From assembly GCF_030144855.1 (NCBI RefSeq), contig NC_082731.1, forward strand, positions 23,436,001-23,500,000: 64,000 nucleotides of DNA. Direction: 5' to 3'. This stretch comes from Hypanus sabinus. Taxonomy: Eukaryota. How positions within the stretch are numbered: the stretch's first letter is position 1; each line of letters starts with the position of its first letter. A program made the translations under genes and the position numbers. This document shows positions 49,222 through 63,600 of the stretch, piece after piece. A model generated the notes under the pieces. That model saw nothing but the letters and a program-made list of their open reading frames with translations, ran no database searches and was not told the origin of the DNA.

Positions 49222-50625
49222 TGAATTGAATTGAATTGACTTTATTACGTATGTCGTACATTTACATGAGGAGTACATATTTTCATGTTTCATTTCTGTT
49301 TAAATGTGCAATGTGCAACTTATAATAATTTATCATAAATTGTATGTACAAAAGTACAGTCAAAATAACATACAAATACAATTGTATCTGCATGACTTAA
49401 TCCATCTGATGGGTTGGTCGAGGAAGTTGTCCCGCAGACTGTTGATCCTGGAGTTTATGCTGCGGTCCCGTTTCTCGGATGGAAGCAGATGGAAAATTTT
49501 GTGCTGGCGTACCTCGGGAATCTAATGATCGTTCGCGCCCTTTTTTTCACGCCTCTCTTTGCAAATCTCCTGAATATTGCGGACGTCACATCTACAGATG
49601 CGCTGTCTGCAGAATTCTGCGATTTTGGGAAGTACGGTTCCAACAACAGACAGTTATGCAGCCAGTCAGAGTGCTCTCAGTTGTGCAGGAGTGGAGTGTT
49701 CTTGGAATTTGGAAGTCAAACTGCTTCAACTGTCTGAGGTTCAAGAGGAGCACATTCTTTTATTCACCACACAAGCGGTATGTACTGATCATGGCAGACC
49801 TTCAGTGATGGGTATGTCAAAGAACATGAGTTTTACAGTCCCATTGATTTTAATAGTGGTTAGTTCGTTTGCCTCTATTATTCCTGTAGTCCTTTCCACA
49901 CCCCCCCCCCCCGCGACATTGGGAAAGAGGTTGTTTTGTTGACTCTACTGCGTCATGGTGGCGCATTCTTCTCTTTCGGCTCCCATATTGTTGTTTGAGA
50001 TTAGGTCAATCAGGGTACTGTCCTCAGCAAACTTTAAAGGAAGAGGCTGCGTGCAGAGACCTGGGATGCCTGTGTTGAAGATCGGAGGAATATTGGTGAG
50101 GGATACCATTGTTACCACCTGCGACGATCTGACAGATGATCGAGGATCCCGCTGCATAAGGCAGGGTGACGGCCGAGGTTTCTGCACTTCTTTTCGAAAC
50201 TGGAGGGAATTATGTTTTTCAAGTTTCAACTGTAGTCCAAGGACAACATTCAGTCATAAGCATACCGCTCACTAGATATGTAAGGACGGTGTGCAGAGTT
50301 GTGGCTATTGCGTCATGTATTGATCGGTTATGTCGACAGGCGAACTGTCGGGGGTTCAGTGTGGGTGCAACATGCTACAGGCGTTGTCCCTGACCAGCCA
50401 ATAAATTAATTTGGTTATTATAGAGCAGAGTTCAACACGACGCCAATCGTTCGGAGATGATACGTTGGCCTTTTTAGGTAGAGGGACAATGACCATTGTT
50501 TCGACTCACGCCTGCACCCTAGATTGGGAGACGGCGAAATTTAAAGTGACTGTAAACACACCTGCCAGTTGTGCCGAGCACATCCTGTGTACCCGCCTGG
50601 GATGCCGTCCGAACCCGCAAATGTA
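49222..50625 (-). mobile_element. Rex1/Babar fragment, copy 2
   Basis: Paralogue of 12740-14215, with a (GAATT)n tail at about 49222. Confidence 0.8.
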
Positions 50626-50789
50626 CTTCCATGAACATATGGATATCACCACAACATCCAATACAAAATATCTTATTTGTATAGCATGCAGGTTTATATC
50701 TATACACTGCAAAATTGGCTGACATTTTTTATGATAACTATTTGTTTTTGAGAGTACCGTACATGTCAAAAAGTCAATAGGAATGTATT

Positions 50790-52170
50790 CCATGATTAAT
50801 TTATGCTAACAAAAATGTCTAGAGGCCTTCTCGGATATCCAGCAAAGTATAATGTTCTTCCTCGCACAAAAAGTCAAAATGCCAAAAAAGTTGTGTTTTT
50901 CTGATGTGCATTAATAGTATGACTGCTGGGTAAGCTGAACAGGAAAGACACAGGGTCCAGTTCAAGTTCCATCTTCAGAATCTTATCCATTTCAACCAAA
51001 ATATCACTCCAGTATGCCTGAAGTTTAGGACAGGTCCAACACCAGAAGATGACAGTTCCAGCAGTTACGTTACCTTTAGAACACTTTGGAGAAAACCCTG
51101 TCTTATATTTCGAGAGACGATCTGGAATCAAATGGACCCTATGCAGAATGTTGAGTTGCAATGTTTGAGTTCCATTACAATCTGAAAACTCCGTTGCATT
51201 ATCACAGATGTCTTCCCATGTTCCTGCTATAATTTCTACACCCAGCCTCTTCGCAGATGCTCAACTTCCCCACAAGAACATTCCCTAAGGATGCTCGAAA
51301 ACGTACTAATGGAGACTTCACTGCTGGAACAAACTACCCTATTTTCTATGACAGAACGTTAGAAATCAGTTAGCAATGATGCGTTTTTTTTTCTGTATAC
51401 AATCTCATATCTGAAGGAAACGAAAAAGATTTTATGTACTATCTGACTAAAGCACATCATCATTAATTCATCAAAAAAAAATCTCCTAGATGGAAAATAT
51501 CCATAGAAATACAAAGTTTAAATCCAGAATTCATTACGCCTGCCTGAAAATCTGGACTGTCGGCTACTGGAATCAAAGGTGATATTTTAGCTGCGTTGCC
51601 CTCAATTTGTCGCATAGCCCTCCAAGCGTTGACAGTATTAAGCGTTACTGAATTGCGAGAATATTCCTTAACAAGTTTCATCTTAATGAGGAAAAGCAAA
51701 TTATAAGATTGTACATTGCATGTGAAGCTTCAATGTCAAGCCAAATTGAGGAGGGGTCTCTGCAAACCCAGTCAACCAGAAAAGATGAAAAAAAAACTTA
51801 TTGATGTTTTTGATGTCTGGAAAATCCAGACCGCCTGGAATACTGGGCAACCTGTTACTTAGGTATTTTAATGCTTTTTTTTTATTTTGTTCCAGATGAA
51901 AGAAACAGACACACCATTTATTTTTTTTAAACTATTTGTTGGGTAAAAACGACTGGAATCATTCGTATTGGGTGGAGCAGAGGAGGAGGAATGTTCAATT
52001 TTGAGCAAGGATGTTCGGCCAAGCCAAGAAATGGGGAGAGTGTTCCTTCCCGCAGGATCCAGATTCTTTGTATCAAATAACTGTGAAGCTAGCTTTGAAC
52101 AATCGATCAAAAGTTGGCGGGAAAAATATGCCTAGGTAAATAAAACCTGACTATGACCATTTAAAGAGGA
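50790..52170 (-). mobile_element. L1/Tx1-like ORF2 C-terminal fragment, copy 2
   Basis: QLNILHRVHLIPDRLSKYK...WCWTCPKLQAYW. Confidence 0.75.
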
Positions 52171-53412
52171 AAACTCCCTGAGTCTCTGATTTAGTAAACT
52201 TGATTTTATAACCTGAAAAGGCTTGCCAGAAGGGCAGTGTTATGGTAATTCTACGGGATTTTAACGTGCCTGTCCATTGAGAAGATCAGGTTGGCACTGA
52301 AACTCAAGAGAGAGAATTTGTAGATTGCCTACGAGGTGACTCTGTAGAACAGCTTGTTGTTGTGCCCACTAGGGTATCGTCTGTGCCAGATTGGCTATTG
52401 TGTAATGAATCAGAGGTAATTAGGGAGATGGAAGTGAAGGAACCCTTAGGAGGCAGTGATCACAAAATGATTGCGTTAACTGTAAAATTGCAGGAAGAGA
52501 AGCCTAAATCCAATGTGCCAGTATTTCAGTGGAGTAAAGGAAATTACAGGGGCATTGGAGAAGAATTGACCAAATTCAACTGGAAAGGGAAACAGGAAGG
52601 ACGGCAGAGCACCAGTGGCTGGAGTTTATTTGAGAATTGAAGAAGTTGCAAGAAAGGTATATTCCAACGAAAAATAAATTTTCGAATGGAAAAAAAGGAT
52701 GCAACCTTGGGTGACAACAGAAGTCAAAGCCAAAGTAAAAGCTTTCAAGGAAGCAAAACTTAGTGAGAAAACAGCATTGTGAAGATTTTAAAAGCTTACA
52801 ACATGTAACTAAGAAGGTCGTTAGGATGGAAAACATGAACTATGAAAGGACGATGGCAAACAATATCAAAAACGATGCTAAAATCTTTTTCAAGTATATA
52901 AAGAGTAGAAAACAGCTGAGACTAGATACAGGGCCAATAGAAAATGATGCTGGAGAAATTGCATTGGCAGTTGGGGAGCTATGGAGATGACGGATGAACT
53001 GAACGAGTATATTACATCAGTCTTCACTGAGGAAGACTTCAGCAATATACCGGACAATCAAGGGTATCAGGGAAGCGAGATATGCGCAGTCATAATTAAG
53101 ACAGACTAAGTACTCAGGAAGCTAAATACTCTAAGGGTAGATAAATCTCCTGGACCAGATGGAATGCACCCTCGTGTTCTCAAAGGAAGTAACAGTGGAT
53201 ATTGCAGAGGCATTACCAATTATCTTCCAAAATCTAATAGATTTTGGCTTGGTTCCGGGTGACTGGGAGATTGCAAATGACACTCCGCTATTTAAGAAAA
53301 GGGCAAGGAAGCAAAAAGAAAATTATGGAATTGTTAGCTTAACATCGGTGGTTGGGAAGTTGTTGGAGTCGATTGTGAAGGATGAGGTTAAATAGTTCCT
53401 GGAGGCATATGA

Positions 53413-56400
53413 CAATAGACAATAGGTGCAGAAGTAGACCATTCGGCCCTTCGAGCCTGCACCGCCATTTTGAGAACATGGCTGATCAATTACTATCAAT
53501 ACCCTGTCCCTGCCTCGTCCCCATATCCCTTGATATCCCTATCCATAAGATACCCATCTAGCTCCTTCTTGAAAGCATCCAGAGAATTGGCCTCCACTAC
53601 CTTCCGAGGCAGTGCATTCCAGATCCCCACAACTCTCTGGGAGAAGAAGTTCTTACTTAACTAAGTCCTAAATGACCTACACCTTTTTCTCAAACCTTGC
53701 CTTCTGGTACTGGGCTCTCCAAGCATCTGGAACATATTTCCTACCTCTATCTTGTCCATTTCCTTAATTATCTTATATTTTTCAATCAGATCCCCTCTCA
53801 GTCTCCTTAATTCCAGCGTGTACAAGCCCAGTCTCTCAAATCTCTCTGCGTAAGACAGTCCAGACATCCCAGGAATTAACCTCGTGAATCTACGCCTGGA
53901 TGTCCTTCCTTAACCCTGGAGACCAGAACTGTACACAATACTCCAGGTGTTGTCTCAGCAGGGCTCTGTACAAATGCAAGTGGATTCATTTGCTCTTGTA
54001 CTCAATTCCCATTGTAATAAAGGACAACATTCCATCAGCCTTCTTCACTGCCTGCTGCACTGATGAACAAGGACTCAGAGATCTCTTTGTATTTCTCGCT
54101 TACCCAACTCTGCACCGTTCAGATTATAATCTGCCTTCCTGTTCTTACTCCCAAAGTGGATAACCTCACACTTATTCACATTAAACGACATCTGCCAATT
54201 ATCTGCCACTCACACAGCCTATCCAAGTCACCCTGAATTCTCCTGACATCTTCTTCACATGTCACACTGCCACCCAGCTTAGTATCATCAGCAAATTTGC
54301 TGATATTATTTTTCATGCCTTCATCCAAATCTGTAACGTAAATGGTAAACAGCTGTGGTCCCAATACCGAGCCCTGTGGTACCCCACTAGTCACCACCTG
54401 CCATTCCGAGAAACACCCATTCAACGCTACCCTTTGCTTTCTATCTGCCAACCAGTTTTCTATCCATGTCAATGACTTCCCCCCGATGCCCTGCGCTTGG
54501 AATTTAGCCACATTTTCTATGTGGGACCTTATCAAATGCCTTCTTAAAATCGAGGTAGTTTACATCCACTGGATCTCCCCCGTCGAACTTACCTGTTACA
54601 TCTTCGAAGAACTACAACAGATTAGTCAAGTATGATTTACCGTTGGTAAATCCATGCTGGCTCGGCCCAATCCTATCACTGCTAGCTAGATATGCCACTA
54701 TTTCATCCTTAATAATGGACTCTAGCATCTTTCCCAACACCGATGTCAGGCTGACAGGTCGATAGTTCTCTGTTTTCTCCCTACCTCATTTAAAAAAAAA
54801 AAGTGGAATAACAGTAGTCATTCTCCAATCCTCAGGAACTGATCCTGAATCTAAGGCACATTGGAAAATGATTATCAATGCATCCGCAATTTCCAGGGCC
54901 ACCTCCTTTAGAACGCTAGGGTGCAGACGATCTTCACCTGGGGATTTGTCAGCCTTCAGTCCCATCAGTCTTCTCATCACCGTTTCCTTCCGAATGTCAC
55001 TCTGTTTCATTTCCTCTGTTACCCTATGTCCTTGACACATCCATACATCTGAGAGATTGCTTGTGTTTTCCTTAGTGAAAACAGATCTAAAATACTCCTT
55101 AAATTCTTCTGCCATTTCTCTGTTTCCCATAATAATTTCACCCAATTCATTCTTCAAGGGCTCAAAATTGTTCTTAACTATATTCGTTCTCTTCACATAC
55201 CTAAAAAAGCTTTTGCTATCCCCCTTTATATTTCTGGCTAGTTTCCGTTTGTACCTCATTTTTTCTCCCCGTATTGTCTTTTTAGTTAAGTTCTGTTGTT
55301 CCTTAAAAAACTTCCCAATCATCTGCCCTTCCACTCACCTTAGTTTTATAATATTTCCTTTTTTTAATGCTAAGCAATCTCTGACTTCCTTTGTCAACCA
55401 CTGTGGCCCTTTTCACTCCTTTGAATCCTTCCTTCTCTGGGGGATGTACTGATTTTGCACCTTGTGCATTATTCACAAGAATACCTGCCATTGCTGTTCC
55501 ACTGTCTTTTCTGCTAGGCTATCCGTCCAGTCAACTTTGGCCAGGTCTTCGCTCATGGCTCCATAGTTACCCCTGTACATCTGCAACACTGACACCTCCG
55601 AGCTGCCCTAATCCTTCTCAAATTGCAGATAAAAGCTTATCATATTGTGATCACTACCTCCTAATGGCTCCTTTACTGCGAGATCGCTTATCAAATCCTA
55701 TACATTACATAACACAAAATCCAGAATAGTCTTGTCCCTGGTCGGCGCTCGTTCAAGCTGTTCCCAGAATGCATCCCGTAGGCACTCTACAAACTCCCTA
55801 TCCTGTGCTCCAGCACCAACCTGATTCTCTCAGTTCATCTGCATGTTGAAATCCCCCATAACTACTGCGAAATTACCTTTGTCACATGCCAATGTTAACT
55901 CCCTATTCAACTTGCACCCAATATCCATGCTACTGTTTGGTGAAATGTTGACAACACCTATTTGGGTCCTTTTGCCCTTACTGTTCCTCAGTTTTATCCA
56001 CACAGATTCTACTTCTCCTGACACTGTTTCCCCCCTTGCAAAGGACTGAATCTCATTCCTCAACAGCAGGGCCACGCCACCCCCTCTGCCCACATTTCAA
56101 TCCCTACGACAGCAAGTACACCTTTTGTACATTCATTTCCCAGGTCTGATCTCCCTGCAGCCATGTCTCCGTTACCCCAACAACATCTTAGTTACCCATT
56201 CGCACCTGGGCTTCAAGCTCATCCGCCTTATTTCTGACACGTCGTGCATTCAGATATAGAATTTTTAACCCATTTCTCCTCTCTCTGTTTGAATCGCTGC
56301 CTATTGTGCTTAACCCAGCAACCCGAAATCCCATCGGGCTATCCGCCCATCGAATCTTGTTGTCCTTCCTAAATTTACTTATTCTTTCAACACATTTAAA

Positions 56401-57556
56401 TCCATGTTCCGTCAGACCATCTCACTTTACATGAGTCTTCCTTATCACTTGTTCCGCCCCACCTTCCTGGACTATACACTTAGTATTCCGGAACCGTGTA
56501 GTCCCCACCCGTCCATTATTCTTCCTCTCGCTATCCTCCCTCACATTCTGGATCACCGCCCACTACAAGTTTATCTTAACCCCCCCCCCCCCCCCCCCAA
56601 GAAGCACTAGCAAACTTCCCTGCAAGAATGTTAGTACCGCTCCAGTTCAGGTGTAAACCGTCCCTTCGGAACAGATCCCACCTTCCCTGGAAGAAATTCC
56701 AATTATCTACAAACCTGAAGCCCTCCCTCCTGCACCATCATCTCAGCCACGTATTAAACTTTATAATCCTTCTGTTCCTTGCCTCACTCGCACGTGGAAC
56801 AGGTAGCAATCCTGAGATTGATACCCTGGAGATCCTGCTCTTCAGCTTCGCACCTAACTCCCTGAACTCCCTACGCAGGACCCAGTCAGTAGTCCTACCC
56901 ACGTCATTGGTCCCGACATGGACCACAACATCTGGATTCTTGCTCTCCCTCTCGAGAATAACCTGCACCCGATCTGAGATGTCACGGACCCCGGCACCAG
57001 GGAAGCAACATACTATCCGAGACTCCCGATCTTTCCCTCAAAATCTTCTATCCACCCCCCTGACTATAGAATACCCTCTCAATGCCGCTCTCTCCTCTTC
57101 CACCCTCCCCTTCCTAGTCAATGGTCCAACCACAGCGCCAAACACAGGACCACTGCAGCTTTTTCCTGGCAGTTCATACCCACCAACAGTCTCCAAAACA
57201 GTATACGTATTTTTTATGGCCACAGGTGTGCTCTTCTCTCTGTTTTCTCCCCCTGTCACTCTTGACTGTCACCAATTTGTCTACCTCCTGACTTTTCGGT
57301 GTTACTGCCTTCCGATAGCTCTTATCTATCTCTGCCTGTGCCTCCCGAATGATTCGTAGTTCGGAACACACCACTGCTCTAAATGTCTCCCGCATTTCCT
57401 GATCCTAGATTAGTCAGAATATATGAAAAACAGGTTTATTGTCATAGTCCTCTTGCGCCGAAGCCCGCTGAGCCAAAGCCCAGCACTCTGCCCCTGAGTA
57501 CTCCGCTGCCCGCTCCTGAAAGTCGGTCGCATTCTAAAGCCCGCGCTCGTCGCTGA
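53413..57556 (-). mobile_element. Near full-length CR1 LINE inserted in reverse, specific to copy 2
   Basis: Minus-strand ORF1 SGNH (PDVVVHVGTNDVG), APE (VVMGDFNMQ) and RT (SGVPQGSVLGPQLFTIY, KFADDTKLGG). 3' tail (TATTGTC)n at the left end. Confidence 0.9.
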
Positions 57557-57919
57557 CGACAAGATAGGCAGAACACAGCATGGTTCCCTTAAAGGAAAAT
57601 CCTGCCTGGCAAACCGAGTGGAATTTTCTGAATAAATTACAAGTAGGCTAGACAACGGACATGTAGTGGATGTCGTGTATTTTGATTTTCAGTCTGCCTT
57701 TGACAAGGTGCCGCACATGAGGCTGCTAACCAAGATAAGAGCCCATGGAATTACATGAAAGTTACCTACGTGGATAGAGCGTTGGTTGATTAGCAGCAAA
57801 CAGAGAGTGGGAATAAAGGGATCCCATTCTGGTTGGCTGCTGGTTACTAATAGTGTTGCTTCAGGGGATCCTTGTTCGGGCTGCTTCTTTTTGACGTTGT
57901 ATATCAACGATTTAGATTA

Positions 57920-58680
57920 ACCCTGCAAGCGTAAGTGTTACAGCTGCCCTACACCTCATCTCTTACCATCAATCAGGGCCCCAAGCAGTCCTTCCAGGTG
58001 AGGCAACACTTGACTTGAGTCTGTTGGGGTAATATACTGCATACGGTGCTCCCGGTGCGTTCTCCTCTACAGGGGCGAGACTCGACGCAGATTGCGGGAC
58101 CGCTTTGTCGAGCAACTACGCTCCGTCCGCCACAACAGACATGATCTCCCGTTTGCCACTGAATTCAACTCACCTTCATATTCCCATTCGGATATGTCCA
58201 TACATGTCTTCCTCAACTGCCATGATGAGGCCAAACTTCGTTTGAAGGAACATCTCATATACCGTCTGGGTAGTCTCCAGCCTCTTTGTATGAACATCGA
58301 ATTTTCCAACTTCCAGTAATTATCTCGCCCTCACTACACCCATCCCATCTTCACTCAGTCTCCTCTTCTAGCTGCCTATCACCTCTCATGACTCTGCCTT
58401 CTTCTACTACCCATGTTGCTTTCCCCATTGATTCCTCCTTCATCTCTCCTGCCTGTCCCCTCCCTGCTCCCCTTCCACCACTCTTTGAGCTTTCCTCTGG
58501 TTGGTTTTCCTCCCTCCCCCCACCTTCTTTATAAGGCCCCTGCCCCACCCCCTCTTTTTCAGTCCTGACGAATGGTCTCGACACGTAACGTTGACTGCTT
58601 CTGCAGCGGATGCTACCCGACGTGCTGAGTTCATCCAGCCGTTTTGTACGACCTGATTTGTCCACAGCATCTACAGTGAT
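57920..58680 (+). mobile_element. Penelope-like GIY-YIG fragment, copy 2
   Basis: VIYCIRCSRC.LLYRGETRRRLRDRFVEQLRSVRH... Confidence 0.82.
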
Positions 58681-59836
58681 AATGGATTAGATGACTTTTG
58701 GCTAAACTTGCTGATGATACGAAGACAGGTGGAGGGGCCGGTGGTGTTGAGGAAACAGGGAGTCTACCGAGATACTTGGATAGATTTGGGGAAACGGCAA
58801 AGAAGTGGCAAAAGAAATACAATGTCGGAAATTATACGGTAATGCACGTTGGTAGAAGAAATAAACGGGCAGTCTATTATTTAAATTAGAAGAAAATCCA
58901 AAGCTCTGATATGCAACGGGGCTTGGGATTTCTCGTGCAGGATATCCTTAAGGTTAACCTCCAGGTTGCGTCGGTGAAGAAGAAAGCGAATGCAATGTTG
59001 GCAGTAATTTCTGCAGGAATAGAGTAAAGTAGCAGGGATGTGATGTTTAGGTTCTATAAGGCACTGGTAAGACACTCACCTGGAATACAGTGTGCAGTTT
59101 TGAGCTCCGTTTATATGAAGGGATGCGCTGACTTTGGAGAGAGTTCAGAGAAGATTCACTAGAATGATTACGGTAATGAGAGGGTTATCACATGAGAAAA
59201 GTTTGACAGCTTTTGGACTGTACTCCTTAGAGTTTAGAGAAATGAGGCGGGACCTCATATAAAAATTCCGAATGCTCAAAGGCATGGACAGAATGGTGTG
59301 GAAAAGTTGTTTCCCATGGGGCTGTGGTGGTGTTTTCTAGTACGGGAGGACATGACTTGAGGATTACAGGGCACCTATTCAGAACGGAGATGCGGATATT
59401 TTTTTTTAAGCCTGAGTGTCGTGCATCTGTGGAATTTGTTGCCACTGGTGGCAGTGGAGGCCGGATCATTGGGTGTATTTAAGGCAGAGTTTTATGGATA
59501 TCTGTGAAGTCAGTGCATCAAACGTTATGCTGAGAAGGCGGGGGAATGGGACTAGAGTGGAGATTGGTTCAGTTCATGATGAAATTGCGGAGCAGTCTAA
59601 ATGGGCGTATGGCCGATGTCTGCTCCTTTGTCTTATGGTCTTATGGTCTTATGGTCTAAAATGTATTCAGATAATCTATAAGTTGTGCACTGGTATAGCA
59701 GTGTTTGATAAGAAAATTGGAACATCATCTGCATACAATTTATATTTTTGTGAAGTTAGACCTTTCTCTCTTTTTATATATTTTTATTAAATTTAAATAA
59801 ACATAAAAGAAACATAGATACAGCGAGTTTCAGAAT

Positions 59837-60604
59837 TGTTACGTATTCAGGCAACAATAAATGCATGAGTTAGGCAAGGGGTTTTATTAAACACTGAAAA
59901 CAAGCCCCACAAAAGTAACAAACAGCTGGAAATCAGCTGCTGTGCGGCAGCTTAAACAGTCCTTAAAACGATGTTGCAAAAACAGTTCTTTAACGTAGCA
60001 TTGCCAAACGTTCGAAATGCTCACAGTCCATTTAAGGGAGACACTTTTTAAGACGATTTAAATTCTCTGTCACGTTGCTTTGCTTCAGTCCACGAAGTCG
60101 AACCTTTTCCCACGAAGAATTTACGAAACGTAACGGCTTAAAGGCACTGAATTTCCTTAATCACACTGTCCTCAATGTTCTGCTATCCCGCTGAGATTAA
60201 CACAAGAACAGTCAACGAAACCCTTCTGAATATGGATTGAACTAGAGCGAAAGCGTTTCACCGTCTAAAATTGATTCTCCTCTATCTTTAACTCCCGAAC
60301 TCCGATCTTCACTCTCCACTGATTCTCAACTAGCAGTATAGTAAAGAAACTGCTGGCAATGACCTTTTAAACCTTAGGCATTAGATAAAACTTCATCTTT
60401 CAACTAAACTGCGTCATCACATTAAATCACGCAGCATCATGAAGTCACCATGGCAAATCCAGTCACGAACTACCCTGTAAAAAAAAACTGTCACATGATC
60501 TCTACTGTAGGGACAATGACGTCATCTCCCCATCACAAGGCCAATATAACTTCAACCCCAGTCATATGACAAGGTTACCACTGTCATGTCACGAGTACGT
60601 AACA
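59837..60604 (-). mobile_element. 3' LTR (768 bp) of the gypsy element
   Basis: 9-bp terminal inverted repeats TGTTACGTA...TACGTAACA. The polypurine tract GGAGTGAGG is immediately upstream on the minus strand (60605-60613). Confidence 0.88.
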
Positions 60605-63600
60605 CCTCACTCCAAAAAACTTTTTTGGTCTGACAAGAACAAAAAAATTTAACAAATTCTTAGAAGAAAAACAAATGCATACATTTTATAACTTAAATAA
60701 TATACAATACCATCGTATAACAGCTTATAACTCAATACAGTAGGAGTGTTACAATTGAAAATAAACACTACATAAAAAATTGCATTGTACATTCAACATC
60801 GAGATGGACAATCAGCAACCACATTATCTTTACCTTTAATATGAGTTATCACAACATTGTACTCTTGTAACATCAAACTCCAATTTAATAATCTTCTGTT
60901 TTTGTTTTTCATCTTACTTAGAAAAACTAACGGATTATAATCTGTGTAAACAATGTGGTTTATGAGTTGTACCAACATATACCTCAAAATATTCCAAAGC
61001 TAAAACAAGAGTTAACAATTCCTTCTCTATTGTCGAATAGTTTCTTTGATGCTTATTAAATTTCTTAGAAAAGCAAACAACGTGATGATCAACCTCATCA
61101 GACTCATTCCTTTGCTTTAATCCTGCCCCCGCAGCCTGATCAACTAGTATTTACAGATAATGAAAAAGGATTTTCAATGTCAGGAACCTTGATCACAGGT
61201 TGTTGACATATAATTGTTTTCAATTTTCCAAATGCTTCTTGACAAGGCAATGGGGGGTTCTAACAAACTTCACATTCTTCTGCAGAAGGTTATTTAACGG
61301 AAGGGCAACATTAGCAAAATTCTTACAAAATTTTCGATAATAACCTACCATTCCCAAAAATCTTCTAAGATATTTTTTTCCCCGTTGGAGTGGAAATTTC
61401 TAAAATTGCCCGAACTTTTGCCTGAAAATGAGCTACCTTACCTTGACCCACAACATAACCAAGGTAGGTCATAGTGGCATGCACACATTCTCTTTTAGCT
61501 AAATTAATAGTTATGTTAGCTTTTGAAAGCCTTTCAAACAATTTCTCCACCGCAATAATGTGTGCTTCCCAAGTATCATTTCCTGTCACTAAATCATCAA
61601 TATAAGCATCAGTATCTTTCAATCCCTGAATCACAGAGTTAATCATCCTCTGGAAAGTACCAGCGGCATTCTTCATCCCAAATGGAAGAACATAATACTC
61701 ATATAACCCAGATGGAGTTACAAATGCAGAAATCTCTCTACCTCTGTCCGTTAATGGAACGCACCAATACCCTTTGAATAATTCAATCTTTGTAAGGTAC
61801 TTAGCTTTTCCAACTTTATCTACACAATCATCTACTCTAGGAATTGGATATGCATCTGTTTTCGTTACAGCATTCACCTTCCTATAGTCCGTACAATACC
61901 TAATACTACCATCTGGTTTTGGCACCATAACACACGGTTAACTCCAATTCGAGTTAGAATTTCTCATAATATTATTCTGTAACATATATCCAATTTCTTT
62001 CTCAGCAAGTTCACATTTTTCTATATTCATCCTATATGTTTGATAGGTTTGGCATCTCCAACATCTTCATCATGTGAAGCTATAGTAGTCGTTCTCGGGA
62101 ACATCTGGAAACAACTCCATATATTTAAAAAATAATTCCTTCATCTTTTGCTTCTGCTCTAGCTGTAATCTAGCTGTGCTAATTTCTCATCAATATTTTC
62201 CAGAATGGTTGAATGTGGTAACCTAACAGAAACAATGTTGGATTTAGAATGAAAGTCAGATGAATCTTCTATCATGTTCCTAGTTAAGTCAAACTCATTC
62301 TCACTAAACAAAACAGTCACAGTATCAGATTGCTTCTCAAAATATGGTTTTATCATATTTATATGGCAAAGTTGTGTTGAGCTTCTACGATCTGGAGTTT
62401 TTATCACGTAATCCACATCATTGATTTTTGACACAATTTCATAAGGACCATGAAATCTAGCTTGTAAAGGATTTGTCTGCACTGGGAAAAGTACCAACAC
62501 CTTATCTCCAGGCTTAAACCTCCTCATCCTAGCTTCTTTATCATAGCAAGTCTTCACTTTCTCCTGAGTCGTCGTTAAATTTTCCTTGGTTAAGCTAGAA
62601 GCTTTATGTACCCTTTCCTTAAATTTCAACACATAGTCGAACAAATTAGTGTGTACTTCCTTACTAATCCACTGTTATTTCAATAAAGCGAAATGTCCTC
62701 TAATTCTATGCCCAAACACAAGTTCAAATAGACTAAAACCTAGATTCCTGTACCGATTCTCTTGCTGCAAATAAACTTAAGTTTATACATTCATCCCAGT
62801 CACTTTCATTTTCCACACAATATGTCCTAATCATATTCGTGAGGGTAGAATGAAACCTCTCCAAGGCACCTTGCAACTCTGGATGGTATGCAGACGAAGT
62901 GATTTGCTTAGATCCCAATTTATAAACTATCTGTTGAAACAATCCGGACATAAAATTACTGTCTTGATCAGTTTGTATTTCCTTAGGTAATCGAAAATAA
63001 GTAAAGAATTTTATAAGGGCTTTGTCACAGTTTTAGCGTTTATATTCCTAAGTGGTACTGCCTCTGGAAACCTAGACGAAGTACAAATGACAGTCAACAT
63101 ATACTGCTAACCAATTTTTGTCTTTGGTAATGGACCAACACAATCTACAATAACTTTTGAAAACGGTTCACCAAATGCTGGAATAGGTTGTAATGGAGCT
63201 ACTAGTGTAACCTTATTTGGTTTACCCACAACTTAACAAGTATGGCAAGTTTTACAAAACATCGCCACATTTTTACTTAAACCAGGCCAGTAAAAATGTT
63301 TTAAAATCTTGTCCAGAGTTTTCCTTACCCATTGATGTCCACCTAAAGACACACTATGAGCTAAAGTCAAAATCTCATTTCGATAAACTTTCGGGAAAAC
63401 TACCTGGTAAACAACATTCCAATCCTCACGTGCAGGAATTGTAGGCGATCACCACTTGCTCAACAACACTCCTTTTTCCAAGTAATATCCTACTGGCACC
63501 TTCTCAATTTCACTACCAAGTAAAGCTTGCTCTCTTAATATTATAATCTCAGGGTCTCTATTCTGTTCTGCTATCATCGCCTTCCGAGACAGAGATAAAT

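Larger units (their letters stand above)
52175..59660 (+). mobile_element. CR1 ORF2, copy 2, split by a reverse CR1 (53413-57556) and a Penelope fragment (about 57920-58680)
   Basis: Homology to 15770-19115 breaks at GGCATATGACAA (about 53415) and resumes at GACAAGATAGGCAGAAC (about 57557). Confidence 0.88.
40885..59762. repeat. Segmental duplication copy 2 (includes a 4.1-kb copy-specific CR1 insertion)
   Basis: Colinear with 4665-19215. Confidence 0.92.
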
